Origin: Lama glama
Lineage: Eukaryota
Assembly (NCBI GenBank): GCA_028534125.1
Contig: CM052818.1
Location: 43,154,001-43,218,000 of the forward strand
Direction of reading: 5' to 3'
Length of the DNA: 64,000 nt
Below, piece by piece: positions 48,671 to 61,280 of the stretch. How positions within the stretch are numbered: position 1 is the first letter of the stretch; each line of letters opens with the position of its first letter. A program made the position numbers and the translations under genes. Under the pieces are notes generated by a model. That model ran no database searches, was not told the DNA's origin, and was given only the letters and a program-made list of their open reading frames with translations.

Positions 48671-51510
48671 ACATTTTAAATTTTATAATAATTTTAATGA
48701 GGAAGCCTGAGGCAAATCTGTACATAAAACCTTGATTATTTTCTTACTAACAAAAGATTCTAGGTCTAAAGATTAAAGATAATAAATCTGTTAAGGCTTT
48801 TAATACATTTTTCCATATAGCCTATCATAAATGTTATACAATTTCCAATTTACATTTAGAATGTTACCTCCTAACCACTCATAAGGGCAGGAAAGTATCT
48901 TCTTCTTCTATATCCCCCAATAGACAGATCTCAGAACTTTTCACATTTTAGGGACACTGCTTATGAAATCCGTTGGCATCTAATGAATTGTACTTTTTGC
49001 CTTTATCATCAGCAAGACTCCTATCTTTCTGAACTATTTCAGGAATGGCATTTAGCCTTATCCTTTGGAAATACACCTGATAAAAATGATGCCCTGTGGA
49101 TTGAATTCACCTCTTGCTCTAGTTATTTGCCTTCCTGCTAACAATGTGTGAGTTGGATAAAGAAGGTGATGGGCAATGGTATCAATTGTACATGCCTAGC
49201 AGTGGTCACTGAGAGTGCCACTTGTATTGCATCTAATTGTCAGAATACTCTGAACTGATATGAGTGTTCCTGTTTTGCAGGTAAGGAAACCAGTTCTAAA
49301 CGTTTGCACTGCCCAAGCTGACATCTTAGCTCAGTATTAATATTAATGTTGCATTAATGCTTTATCCCTAAAATCATGTTTAATCTTTCCACAACCCTGC
49401 AGAGTGTTATCCTGGGTTTACAGACATAAAAACAGGAGTTCAAAAATGTTGAGAAACTTGCCTGAGGTAAGCAAAGCGGAAAACGAGGAAGCTGGTTTTC
49501 CCAGTTTGTTTTTTCAAATCCAAGCTGCTTCCTGTGGTGTAGATAATAGTCACAGATAAATGTGGATTTGCATATGTAATTTATGACTTTTATATTTGGC
49601 TGCACCATTTTGTAATCTTGTTTGGAGAAAAAGATAACAGTAGGAAGCACAGAAGAGTAGCACTAAATAAATAAGTGGGTAATCCAGAGTTTTATATAGA
49701 AATAAATCCTATATTCTATGTTAATATGTTACTCACATTAAGTCTACGTTCTTTCTTTCTTCCTAATCCTATTAAGCATAGGATTTAAGGCACGTCATGG
49801 ATGCAAATGTAGAAATGCTGTTCTAGACTGCATTAACCGTGAGGTTAGAACCTTACCCTTGGCCTAGACTTACACCAGGATAGTTAGTAAGGCCTCTAGT
49901 TTTGTCACCTAACAGTTTATAAGCCCTGGCTCCCTTGCTAGAGGAGGGAGATTTTTTTTAATGAACACTGCTGTGGATTCAGACACACACTTTTAATTGT
50001 AGTTTATCTCTTATTGTCTGTGTGCATTTGGTCAAAATATAAGGTCTCATTGAGCCTTAGTTTTTCTATTAACAGTGTCATGGTGTTAAAGATAGTAGAA
50101 TAAAGCCATCGTTACTCTATTCAGTATAATTAAAACACATAGAAAACAAAAATATGAAAGACAAAAAATAGAATAAATTAAAAGAAAAATGTTCTAAACC
50201 CATGCTGCAAATTACAAGCCATGTTTACAATTTCCTGTAATGATTTCCTCAACGTGAGAAAGCTTGCAAAAAAACAACAGACATTTCTCAGCCCTCTAGT
50301 CAAACATGGATATTAATAAAAGCAAGGATCTCAGGAAATGTTGGTCCAGCAATCATGTGACTAGAGCAAGGATGTCCGGGACTGGAAAAGACATACAGAC
50401 AGAGCAGAATATGCTTGAAATGATAAATTGCAGGAGTAGGAGAGCTGTGATTGAGACAATGGTGCTCATGTTTGCCCAGCCCTTCTCCTGGCTGCTTGAG
50501 GCTGCTCTATAGGTCAGGTGGGATTGAGGATGCTGTATCGGTAAAGTTTAGCCAGGAGAAGAGAAACTACTCTTTATTTTCCAGGGCTAAAATGAATATT
50601 TAAGAAGCAATGCTGCCCTTGAATCTAGGTTTCAATCAAAGCTTCTTCTGTTAACTTTGAATCCAGATTGGTCAGTCTATCCATCTTAATAAATTCACAC
50701 TGATCCAAATTTGCATAGGAATGCAATTCATCAGACACCCTTGGATACATTCTGATACATTTCCCTGATGCTTCTACATGAATGAATTGGCAAAATGTTC
50801 TGTAGTTTTTTTATGTTTAGTAACTCTTCTCAGACTTTGTATTTATGCTTCTTGGGATCCACTCGGATTTGAGTTGAACATTGGATTTGAAGCATGGAGA
50901 GGTGTGGAGTTGGTTTTTAAGGAGATTCAGCTTGCTGTGCAAGACAATTACCTCTGACAAGATTATTATTAAGATCATTAGTTAAAGGGGAAAAAAAATC
51001 TCAGATAGGGAGAGAGATCTGTTTTAGCTGTTTTGTATGTTTTCATTCCGTTTTGCTTTTCCCCCTGGGATTTGGAAATTTATAATCCCAATTCCAATTC
51101 TTAAAGTTCCACTCATTCCTGATAATAACACAAGAGACCTGGGGAGGCTACGCATTCCATTTGTATTCTAATTCAGTGACTTGTTGGAAAGGACTTTAGA
51201 TTTGGTTTCTGGCAATATTTGCCCTATGGCAATATAGTAAAGCTGTCATAGAAAATATCTATTTTCTATCCATGCCTACAGCTGAAATGTGAAAGTCCCA
51301 ACCTTACCACATTTGTTCCCTAAGATCTTCAGCGTGTTTGGGAGCAGCCCGTCCACCCCACAAAACTGTGCACTGTATTTCTACCACAACTTTCTATTGC
51401 TGAAACTACACAGTATTGCCATGGTCACATTCTACATGTATTTGACTCTAAACAACTTCAAAAAATATGTTAAGAACTGTGTACTTTACTGATGATTATT
51501 GCTGAGTAAA

Positions 51511-51541
<31 letters not shown>

Positions 51542-51974
51542 TTTCCTTCTTAGTCGGTGCACGTGATTGTCAAGGGCTGATCCTCTCTTTTCACTGCTCC
51601 AGTCACAGGCTCGCCCTCTGCTCCCTCCCCCTGCTATGGAAGATGCCCTTATTTGCATCCTCACCCTTCCCACACCACCTCATCATCACTCTCCCTTACC
51701 TGGCTTCCAGTCCAGCTATCTTTGGAAGTCAGAAGGTTGCCATTTTCAGTTCTCTTCCCGTCCAAATGCAGGGTTTTTTTCAATGCGTTCATAAATGGTT
51801 CTTTAAGTTTTATCACATCATATCACAGGGTAAAAAAAGTTCTTTCTCTTACAGTAGAATTTAAAACTTATGACTAAAGGGAAAGAATAATCACAGAGTT
51901 GTCTCCCATTCCAACTTCACCCCGCCCCAATAAATGACACCTGTCTTCCACAGCAAGTAAGTAAAGAATGAAAT

Positions 51975-53113
51975 TGAAATAGCTTTTTCATACCATACAC
52001 AAAAAATAACAAAAAAGGATCAGATACCAAAATTAAAGGGTTAAATCTATAATACTATAGAATAAGCTATAGGACTAAATATTGGTGGATTTAGGTTAGC
52101 CAAAGATTTCTTAGATATGAAACCAAATGTGTAAGTGACAAAGGAAAATAATAGATACATTGTGCTTCATCTAAATTAAAGCCCTTTATGCTGTAAGCCA
52201 TCAATAAACTAAAAACAAAACCCACAGAATGGGGGGGGGAGATATTTGCAAATAATATATCTGACGAGAGACTTAAATTCAGAAAATATAAAGAACACTT
52301 ACAACTCAATAAGGAAAAAAGACAACCCAATTTAAAAATAAACAAAGGACCACAATAGACATGTTTCCAAAAAAAGGCATCCAAATGGCCACTAGTAAAC
52401 TCAACCTTATCATCCATCTGAGAAATGCAAAGCAAAACCACATGAAGTACATGTCACACGCACCAGGGCTATTCTAACAAAAATGACAGAGAGTGTCAAG
52501 TGTTGGCAAGGATGTGGAGAAACTGGAACTCTCAGAATGTAAAATGGTGCAACTCCTTTGGAAAATAATGTACAGTTTTTCAAAAGGTTAAACATAGAAC
52601 TACCATGTTACTCAGCATTTCCACTCCTAGGTATATAACCAAGAAAAACAGAACATGTCTACACAAAAGAATGTGTACACAAATGTTCATAGTAGCATTA
52701 TTCATAATAGCCAAAAGATGAAAATTACCCAAATGTTCATCAACTGGTAAATAGATAAATAAAATATGTTATATTCATACAGTCGAGTATTATTCTATAA
52801 TAAAAAAGTACTGATTCATGCTAAAACATGGATGAAACATGAAAACATGATGTACAATTGTGTGATTTCTTTTACGTGAAATGTTCAGTATAAGTAAATC
52901 TATAGAGACAGGTGGTTGGTTCATGCTTATGTAGTTTTGGGTGGGTCAGAGGATAACGGGGAGCAACTGCTGATGGATTTGCAGTGTTTTGGAGGTGATA
53001 GGCTCTACTGTGTTTGCGGCTGCACAGATCTCTAAATACACTCAAAATGTTAAGCTGTGCATTTTAAACAGGTGAATTATATGGTATGTGAATTATATTT
53101 CAATAAAGCTGTT
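51975..53113 (+). mobile_element. L1MB-type ORF2 end and 3' UTR
   Basis: 'tgttggcaaggatgtggagaaactggaactctc...ccactcctaggtatataaccaag...atgttcatagtagcattattcataatagccaaaag...tgaattatatttcaataaagctgtt'. Confidence 0.9.
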
Positions 53114-54049
53114 GTATGTGATTAATAGATGATAGGTAGGTAGATAGATAGATATTCTATCTATATAAAGAGTGTATGTTGGCAAAAATGAAGGATGATT
53201 GATTGATCAGAAAGTTATCATCCCACTAGAACTGGTATTTATCACCTCACAGACGTTCTCTTGGCATCAACTTTTTACCCATTTGGGGCAACTCTTTTTT
53301 GACATCTTGACTCAGTTTTTCCTCTTCTCTATCAAACATCATAAAATCATGGGGCATTTCTAATTCTCAGGGGTAAAAAAAGACCAGGTAAGTATCTTGA
53401 CTTAGAGAAACACATATTTTCAGGTGTCTAAGGGTTCTATTAAAGGATTAATTTTTACATGAAAGTTTCAAAGAAAGCATAAAAACATGACATAGGCCAA
53501 TATATAAAGACCAAAGATGCAGAAGAAAACATATATTAAATTGGAGGGCCTTCACTAAATTATATTTGGATGATGACACAAGATTGACATCTCTTGTGTC
53601 AATATCTCGGGAGGTTTGCATAAAAGCTCATGGCACCAGATATGGGACACATGGAGTTTAAAATGTAGCATTGAGTTACACAAAAATGACTGTTTAAAAG
53701 AAATGAAGCCATCGAGAGGGCTAAGGGTTGGGGGAAGCAGTGAACAGTAGCAACAAGTCCTTTATCTTAGTCAGTGGACTTGGATTCTGCTGCTTGAGTT
53801 TTTGTTAGTTGTTTCCTTAAACGTTGTCAGTTTTTAACTGGATGAATTTCTTTCCTGTGAAATCAATCAGTAAAAATAAATTGTCTCTAACATTCTAGGA
53901 TATTATTGGTAGAAGCAGAGCCTTCAGATATATTTGAAGGAAAATCAATTAGTTTGTCCCCACTTAACTGTTAGTTTCTCTGTCACTGAAGATGCATTAC
54001 TGGTGTCCTGCATAAATATAGTAATACTCCCCCAGAATTTGATGTAATA

Positions 54050-55500
54050 AAATGCAATTTAGCAAATGTTGATTGAGTACCTCTATTTCCAGTGTACTAG
54101 GTCATGAGGATAACAAAACCTAATCCCAAGGGATCTTATATTATATTTATTAATAGGGCCACATATATGTAACTTGCAATACAGGTTAATAAACTCATGT
54201 TAGAGGTATGTCCATGATGCAGGGTACCCAGAGGAGGGAGTGAGGTACCCCATTTAGGGAGATTAGAGATGATATCCTGGAATGGTTTGCTCATGAGCTG
54301 GCGTTTGAATGGTAAGTGGGAATTTTTCAGATAAAAGCTGAAGACAGTGGGGGATACAAAATACCCTGTCAGAGGGGAAGTTGGTTCTGATGTCCACAGG
54401 CAGGTATCATCACTGAATTCTGAGGGAATGCTTAGTAAACAGTTTCATATGCGATCATTTTATTTGAAGTTATTTTGTGTTTGTTTTGTTAAGTTTCTTA
54501 TCCCTTGCTCTCCGCGCACACAAGCCAGCACCACCGTCCTGGTAGCAGAGGTAAGATGCTGACAGGGATGGAGAGAGAAGCAGGAAGTTGGTGCCACTGT
54601 CTTCTCTTTCATTATGTTCAACAAATCGGTCTGTTCGAAACCCTGGTAATTAAATTACTGTTCTGATATCGAGCACTCAATTAGATAGAACCATATGGTG
54701 ACGTTTTGAGGGTATTCGATAATCTTTTTCCTCCAGTTCTAAATGATCAAACCAAATAATAAAGCCTGTTCACAATGACGGTAATAATACTATTAAAAAC
54801 AACAATAATGGTTTGCATTGTCATAACTCTCACCATGTGCCAAGCTTTAAGTCGACTCATGTATTTATTTGCTTAAACCTTACAAAAACTTATTCCTGTT
54901 TTCTAGGCAAAGAGATGGAAACATTTAAATAATGAATCCAAAGTTGTACATCTGAACCACAGCAGGGCTATGACTTCCAGACCAAGAGCACTGTCTGTCT
55001 CTAGAGCCTGGACTCTGACCCTCGGTGCTGCACCACTGCAGAACGTCAGAGCGTGGAGGGACTGACCAGGGTACTAGGTGGCGGACAGATAAGGGGCTGA
55101 TCATCAGGAGAGTCTACATGTTATGACGAACCTCTTCTCATTTCCTGGGGATGGAGAACCACTGAAGGGTTTATGTAGGGCAATGTCCTGCCAAATTCTG
55201 CATTTGTTAAGAATCACAGTGCGAGGATGTTGTCACATTAAAGTTTATAGCTCATTCTACTTTGTTTCTCATTTTCAAACAGAAACAAAACAGAAAAGTA
55301 ATAGATTCTGGCAGAAGTGCAGCAAATGGACTGGAGCAGGGAGAGGACTAGATTCAGGGCTGGACTAACCATTCCGACAAGAGATCAATGGAGAAAAATT
55401 TCCTGGTCAAGTGAGAAGGGGCTTAGGGAGTATAAGTGATAAGAGTAAATCAGAAAATGGTGGCAAATAGAAAGACTGCATCATGATTTAGCGATTGCTG
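54050..55500 (-). mobile_element. L2 fragments with an interspersed MIR (~54800-55030)
   Basis: 'caatttagcaaatgttgattgagtacctctatttccagtgtactagg' (L2 3' end); 'ggggatggagaaccactgaagggtttatgtaggg'. Confidence 0.65.
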
Positions 55501-55521
55501 AAGGTCTCACAGTGTTGTATT

Positions 55522-55668
55522 GGTTTTCTGACCATGTGACCATAGGAGTCGCTATTTCTAACGCTGTGAGTAATGTCCATGGCCTCTACCCAGATTTCCA
55601 TCCAAGGGTAGAGTAACATGATGCCTAAGAAAAGTAGAGGAACCAAAACCAAACAAAAAAAAGACTCT
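55522..55668 (+). repeat. copy 1 of a ~145-bp local direct duplication
   Basis: About 90% identical by eye to 57875-58017. Confidence 0.9.
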
Positions 55669-56149
55669 CTGAAGGGGAGGAGGGAACCCTGTGGACAGCC
55701 TTCGTTGGTGGCTGTAGTGTAAATACACCCCTATAGTTCCTTTCAAGATGGCGACCTGACATAGCTGAGTGTGGAACTGGGAAGAGACGCCCATAACAGA
55801 CTCTCGGGAGTGAGCCGGTGGGTGTCCAGAGCAAGCAGGGTCACAGTTGGCAGAAGCCACACACCTGCCACCATGGCACTTGGCTTCCTGCAGCCCGGGA
55901 ATCCAACAGGACTATTGTTACATTTAGTAGACGAATGAATGAGCTAAAATTCTCATCCTCTTGAAACCTCGACTTCCTCATCGTCAAACTAGGGATAAGA
56001 CAAATTTAGAGAGTTGTTTTTAAAATTAAATTATATAACACCAATAGGCCTGTGCTGGGTACAGTGAGTCCTCGGGGGAGACATTGATATTATTAGCATC
56101 ACCCTTCATGAAGCAGGGGAGGGTAGAGACTCTACAGTGATGGTTCCAG

Positions 56150-56445
56150 TACCTCCATGGTAGTGTACGCAGGTAACTAAGAGCATGGAGCCTGGGGTGA
56201 AGTGTTTGGATCTGAATTCTGGTTAGGCAACTTGCTAGTTTTGTTTTGTTTTTTTTGTTTTTTTTTTTGACTGTAGGCTATGGGTTAAACTCTCTCTGTG
56301 TCAAATTTCTCATTTACAAAACAAAGTAATAACAATACCCACTGCATCAAAACATTGTGAGGATGCAGCAAGTTAAAGTATAGAATGCACCTAGAATGGT
56401 GTCTGGTACACGGTTAGGACTTCATACGTGTTTAATATATTCATT
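56150..56445 (+). mobile_element. MIR SINE
   Basis: 'taagagcatggagcctgggg...tttggatctgaattctgg...tttctcatttacaaaacaaagtaataacaatacccactgcatc...cctagaatggtgtctggtacacggttagg'. Confidence 0.8.
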
Positions 56446-56856
56446 CTTATTTAAAATCCAAAGCAGTTTCTGATTATTCTTAATTTAGCCTTTTCAAGAC
56501 AGGGCTTCAACTTCTAACTCACCAATGGTATTAAACACATAACTACTGCTTTTCCCCAGTGAGAAATTGGACTGAAGAATGAAACACATTAAAGAAAGGG
56601 AAAAAAATTCACATTTTTAACAGAATATGAAAATGGAAATTTGAACAAGAGAGCAAAGATAATAGATTTGAAATTCCTGAACCAAAATACACTTTAAGAA
56701 GTAATTTCACAACTCTTGGACCTCCAAGACCCATCAAGGACATAAAGAGAATCAGAGAGTAGGAAAAAAAGTCATTTGAATCCTGCAAAAATGTCTTTGG
56801 CAGAGGCTGTAGTCAGGCTGTAGTCAGCCTCTTCCCCTGCCCAAAAGGCTGGGGTG

Positions 56857-57393
56857 GGTTCTGGCTCATCTTCATCATTTTTAGGGCCCGCTACAAAATG
56901 AAAACACAAGCGTCTCATTTAACAAGCAAGAAGATAGTTATTTTTTCCCTTTTTCTTCAGTCTTCCTCTTGCGGCATCACGGAGATCTACACTTGTTTTT
57001 TATATTGCACTCTATTGCGTACGGGGATATCACTGCGGAAGTGCAGGCCACCCCCCAGGGCCCTGACCCTGTCTCCTGACACTGCACATGGGTACACGTG
57101 CTTGACCCTGACCCTTCCAGCGCCTGTGCCTGGCCTCCTGCTGGGGTCAGAGAACTCAGGCCGGGGAGGCAGGGAGAGAGAGAGACATGGGACCTTAGGT
57201 GACTGTGGGTTCTGTCCCCCCAGTGCCCATTGTCTCACTGTGCATCACTTACAAAACACAGACTGAAAGACAAAATTACCAAGCGTTTCAAAAGAGCCCT
57301 GACCCACAGAGTATTGACCTCGATGCATGGAGCCCCCTCTGAGCGTGGTGTCCGGTGCAGCCGCACTGGCCACACATCCATGAAGCAGACCTG
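56857..57393 (-). mobile_element. MER45B-like hAT-Tip100 DNA transposon
   Basis: Reverse complement starts 'caggtctgcttcatggatgtgtggccagtgcggctgcaccggacaccacgctcagagggggctcc'; other end 'ttagggcccgctacaaaatgaaaac'. Confidence 0.75.
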
Positions 57394-57437
57394 GGAGGAT
57401 GTGTGTGGAAGAGGTCAGTCTCCTTCACATCAAGCCA

Positions 57438-57486
57438 TGTGCGTGCGCGTGTGTGCGCGTGTGTGTGTGTGTGTGAGAGAGAGAGC
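57438..57486. repeat. (GT/GC)n-(GA)n compound microsatellite
   Basis: Direct reading. Confidence 0.9.
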
Positions 57487-57489
57487 AGG

Positions 57490-57870
57490 ATTAGTGAAGT
57501 ATAATTTATATCACCCTTTTTAGGGATACAGTTCTATGAATTTTGTCAAATGTATCCTTTTGTGTAGTCACAACCAGAATTAGATACAATCATTTTCATA
57601 ACCTTCGGAGTTCCTGCCTGCTCCTCTGTGGTGATCCCAAAGTATTCATGCACTCGGAGCTTGTCTCCACCACTGGCAAGTGCTGATCTGATTTCTGGCC
57701 CTCTTGTCTCACCTTTTCCAGAAAATCATACAAATGAATCATAGAGGAAGTAATTATTTTGCATCTGGCTTCTTTCACTTAATGCAATGCATTTTTGATC
57801 ATCATGTTTTTGCAGGTACGTATCTGTGGTTTGCTCCTCTATAATACTGAGCACTGTCCTGTTGGATCTG
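57490..57870 (-). mobile_element. L1ME/MB 3' end
   Basis: 'gtgaagtataattt...tacagttctatgaattttgtcaaatgtat...ttttgcatctggcttctttcacttaatgcaatgcatttttga'. Confidence 0.8.
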
Positions 57871-57874
57871 ACTC

Positions 57875-58017
57875 GGTTTTGTGACAATGTGACCACAGGA
57901 GTCGCCATTTCTAACACTGTGAGTCATGTCCATGGCATCTACCCAGATTTCCATCCAAGGGTAGAGTAACATGATGCCTAAGCAGAGGAACCAAAAAACA
58001 AGCAAAGAAAAGACTCT
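57875..58017 (+). repeat. copy 2 of a ~145-bp local direct duplication
   Basis: About 90% identical by eye to 55522-55668. Confidence 0.9.
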
Positions 58018-58606
58018 TGTTTTATTCTCTCCTATGAGTCGTACATAGCACAGTTTTGTATTCTACGACTTCCCACTTCCTTCCCCAAGCTGTGTCCCTT
58101 GGAACTTGTCCACTGCAGTGAGAGGACAACATTAGCAATTGCGTTTATACAGATCAACGTTGTGAAACTTCAGGAGATGAAAACAGTCTGGAAAGTACAC
58201 AGTTAACAGTTAAAATAACACTATTAATAGTTTACATTTATTGAAGCTGCACTGCATGCTACATATTATGCAGAGTGTTTTTCCTACTTTATAAAGTTTG
58301 ATCTTAATAAAATATTAATCATAGACTTGTTTAATATATTCTAATTTTACAGATGGGAAAATTGAAACTTGAGAGATTTAAATCATATAACCGGGATGTC
58401 TGAATTTTAAATCAGAATTTGTTTGGCCCAGAACATTAATTCTTTTAAAGCCCTTTATCATTGACTACTTTTCTTTTAAATAGAAAGGCTGGGACTGAAC
58501 TCTCCTGCCATTTTGTTTTTAAATTGTGTCCTTTTCTTTTATATGGCAAAATAGTAAGACACAGCCTGTGCAGCAGAAGAAAGTAAAGGGAGAAACATGT
58601 AGTGGT

Positions 58607-58740
58607 TACATATATATATATATATATACATACACACACACACATACACACACACACACATATACAAAAATAATTGTGTGAATGAGTGTGTGTCCATGAT
58701 TATATACATATGTGATAATAAAATCATATACATACATATG
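58607..58740. repeat. (AT)n/(CA)n microsatellite and low-complexity tract
   Basis: Direct reading. Confidence 0.85.
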
Positions 58741-60539
58741 ATTTTTATTCTGTATATTATGTTTGTTTTTTGTCTCAAAGTATTTTTCAAAGAATTAGGA
58801 TACTAAAACTTAGTATATTCACACTTAGATTAATAGAAAAACAATTTTAATCCTCAAAGAATCTATGAAATATCAAGACTGGTTTGTTTCACAGCCTCCC
58901 CCGCATTTCCCGTTTCACTATTAATTCTAAAATTGAGAACTCGATTTGAGAGCTGGTGTAAGCAAGACAGATAATCAGTGCTCACCATCTGGTGACCTGA
59001 ACGTTAACTGGTGTGGTACCTTTACTTCACAGCTTGTAAAATGATAAAAACTCCAGTTTGAGGTGGGATCTTTGTGTACTTCTAACTTGTCCCCACATAC
59101 AACGCCCATTATCCCTTGACGGAGTCAACTTCCACTTGTACAACAATTTAAAATCCTCTTGAAATTGCTGTCGCTGGTATGTGGTCTGTGACAACTGGCC
59201 ATGTTTTAGTTTTATTAGGGTACTCCAACTCAATACTTTTTTCCAAATATTTCTGTAGCCTATATACAGATGGATGGGAGCATGTTCTCTTGTTAAACGT
59301 TTTTCGTGTGTGTGTGAATCCTTTTGCTACTAATCTTGGGGGTAAGTCGTAAACTATGAACAATATGCTCTGTGGCATTGACACTGTCCTCACTACGTTA
59401 GTTTACCCACCACCAGGAACTGTGCCTATTTAAAAATAAAAATAAAGTAAAATGAATCTACTGACGGCAAGATTCCCTGTTTGTCTTCTTTATAAGGGCT
59501 AGTAGAATAGTTTAAAATTGCACTGCAGTTTGGCCTTTTTCTTTCCCCATCTCAAGCACTTCCAGAGACCCAAAGTCCCTTGTCCTCCAAGTTTAATTCT
59601 TCAACCTTTCATATTTTCATGGTAAACATTTTTTAAACTGCAGATGGTTAAAGAACACATTTTTGCTTTCAACAGCATTAAGTCACTTCTCATTTAAAAT
59701 ACTAGGCAATATTTAGCCAAAGCTTCTCCCAGACAAACAGATCAAGAAAGCTACAGGGACAGAGAAGTCGCATTTGAATATATTTTGTGTCTTCAAGGAA
59801 AACAAACATCCACCCAGCTGGACACTGAGACCTGGAATGTGGCGGGGGTGGGGTGGGGGGGACAAAAAAACCAACAACCTGACCCAGGAGTTCACGTTCC
59901 TGCCCCAGAACTTATGGTTAGAGGGTGGGGATCATCTCTAACTAGTAGAAGGCAGTTCATTCATCCAGATAGTAAGTTAGCTGCTGCTTCTCCTGTGCAA
60001 CTTATAGGGCAGGTTTGAAGCTTGCATTTTTGAAAGTATGAGAAATGTTTGAAATTTTTTTTAAAAACTCTATAAGAAAATGTTAATATTACTGAGTGGG
60101 GGATGCTGTTACTATTCCGTTGTTTTATATTTCCTTTAAACTAGAAGCACAGGCACATTGTTCCTGATCAGACTGATTCTTTTTTTTTTTTAACATCGTC
60201 CAGAAGAAGTGACTATAGTAATTGACCGGATGCCCCCAGTCGGGAATGAGGCCACACGCTGCACTGGCAGCTGCATGTCCTTTCTGCATGTCTCTCCACC
60301 CCTCAGAGTCTCAGATTCCTCCTCTTGTGAAGCAAGGGATTGAATTATACTTTATTTAAATTTCCGTCATTTCTGTTGAAGGGTCTTTGACTCAAATCCA
60401 TGAACAATACCACCATCCCTTCAAATCAGTTGGTACCCAGCAGTAGACAGTCTTGCTAATAATCTCTTAGACTAAATACAACGGGGAGACACGGTGGAGA
60501 AGCAGAACAGCCGCTAGGATATATGGGTGTGGAACTCCA

Positions 60540-61280
60540 TGCCTCGGGCTTTACTCAGGGTCCCTCACTCATCTTACAACTCAGGGGCAAGTATCACCAT
60601 CTCAGTTTAGAGTGGATAAAACGGACTCAAGTTGTTGGGCTTCTTTGCTCAAGATCACATAGGTAAGGGAACGACAGGGACAGAATTAAACTCTGGTTCT
60701 CTTTGGTTCACCATTTGGTGTCTTTCTTTTCTAACGGGTTCACTCTAGCTAACCTCTATTGTAGATTCCCATTATTTTGAGAATTTATCACAACTTGCAG
60801 ATGATCATTTGCTTTTTTTTTGTTGTTTAGATACTCCATAAAAACATTGTTTCCAATGATTCTAGCGTTCTTGCAAGACAGACATGTTATCACATTTTAT
60901 ATATTAAGAACAAAGATTCCACTAGATTAAGAAAATTGTCCTGGATCGCATAATAGGTAAGTGGTGAGTCCCAGCTTGAACACAGATCCACGTGACTTGG
61001 AAGCCCGTGGTATCTGGGCCAAGCTGTCCTTCCCAAAGCCTGCTTGCTCTGCCCACGGACCAGCTGTCCTGCATTTGCCTCAAGCCTCCTTAGCCAGAGC
61101 TTAGATGGTGGTGAAGCAACTCTGCCCTGGGGTTACACTCCCTGGCGCCACGCCTCATCCTTACTATCAGGACAATGAGAGTACCTGTCGCAGAGTTTAA
61201 ATGAGTTAAATCCACGTAAATCCTTGTGACAGTGCCTGGCATGTAGGGATCCTTCAATAAATAATAATTGTTATTGTTGT
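60540..61280. mobile_element. cluster of MIR fragments (both orientations)
   Basis: 'gtttagagtggataaaacggactcaag...ttgctcaagatcacataggtaag' and 'gagttaaatccacgtaaatccttgtgacagtgcctggcatgtagggatccttcaataaat'. Confidence 0.7.

Noticed and set aside
53574..53601. Perfect 10-bp inverted repeat TGACACAAGA/TCTTGTGTCA with an 8-nt loop
   Set aside because: About one such stem is expected by chance in 64 kb; too short for a pre-miRNA.
59030..59180. Plus-strand acceptor/donor pair (ttcacag|...ctg|gtatgt)
   Set aside because: Stops in all three frames and no other support.
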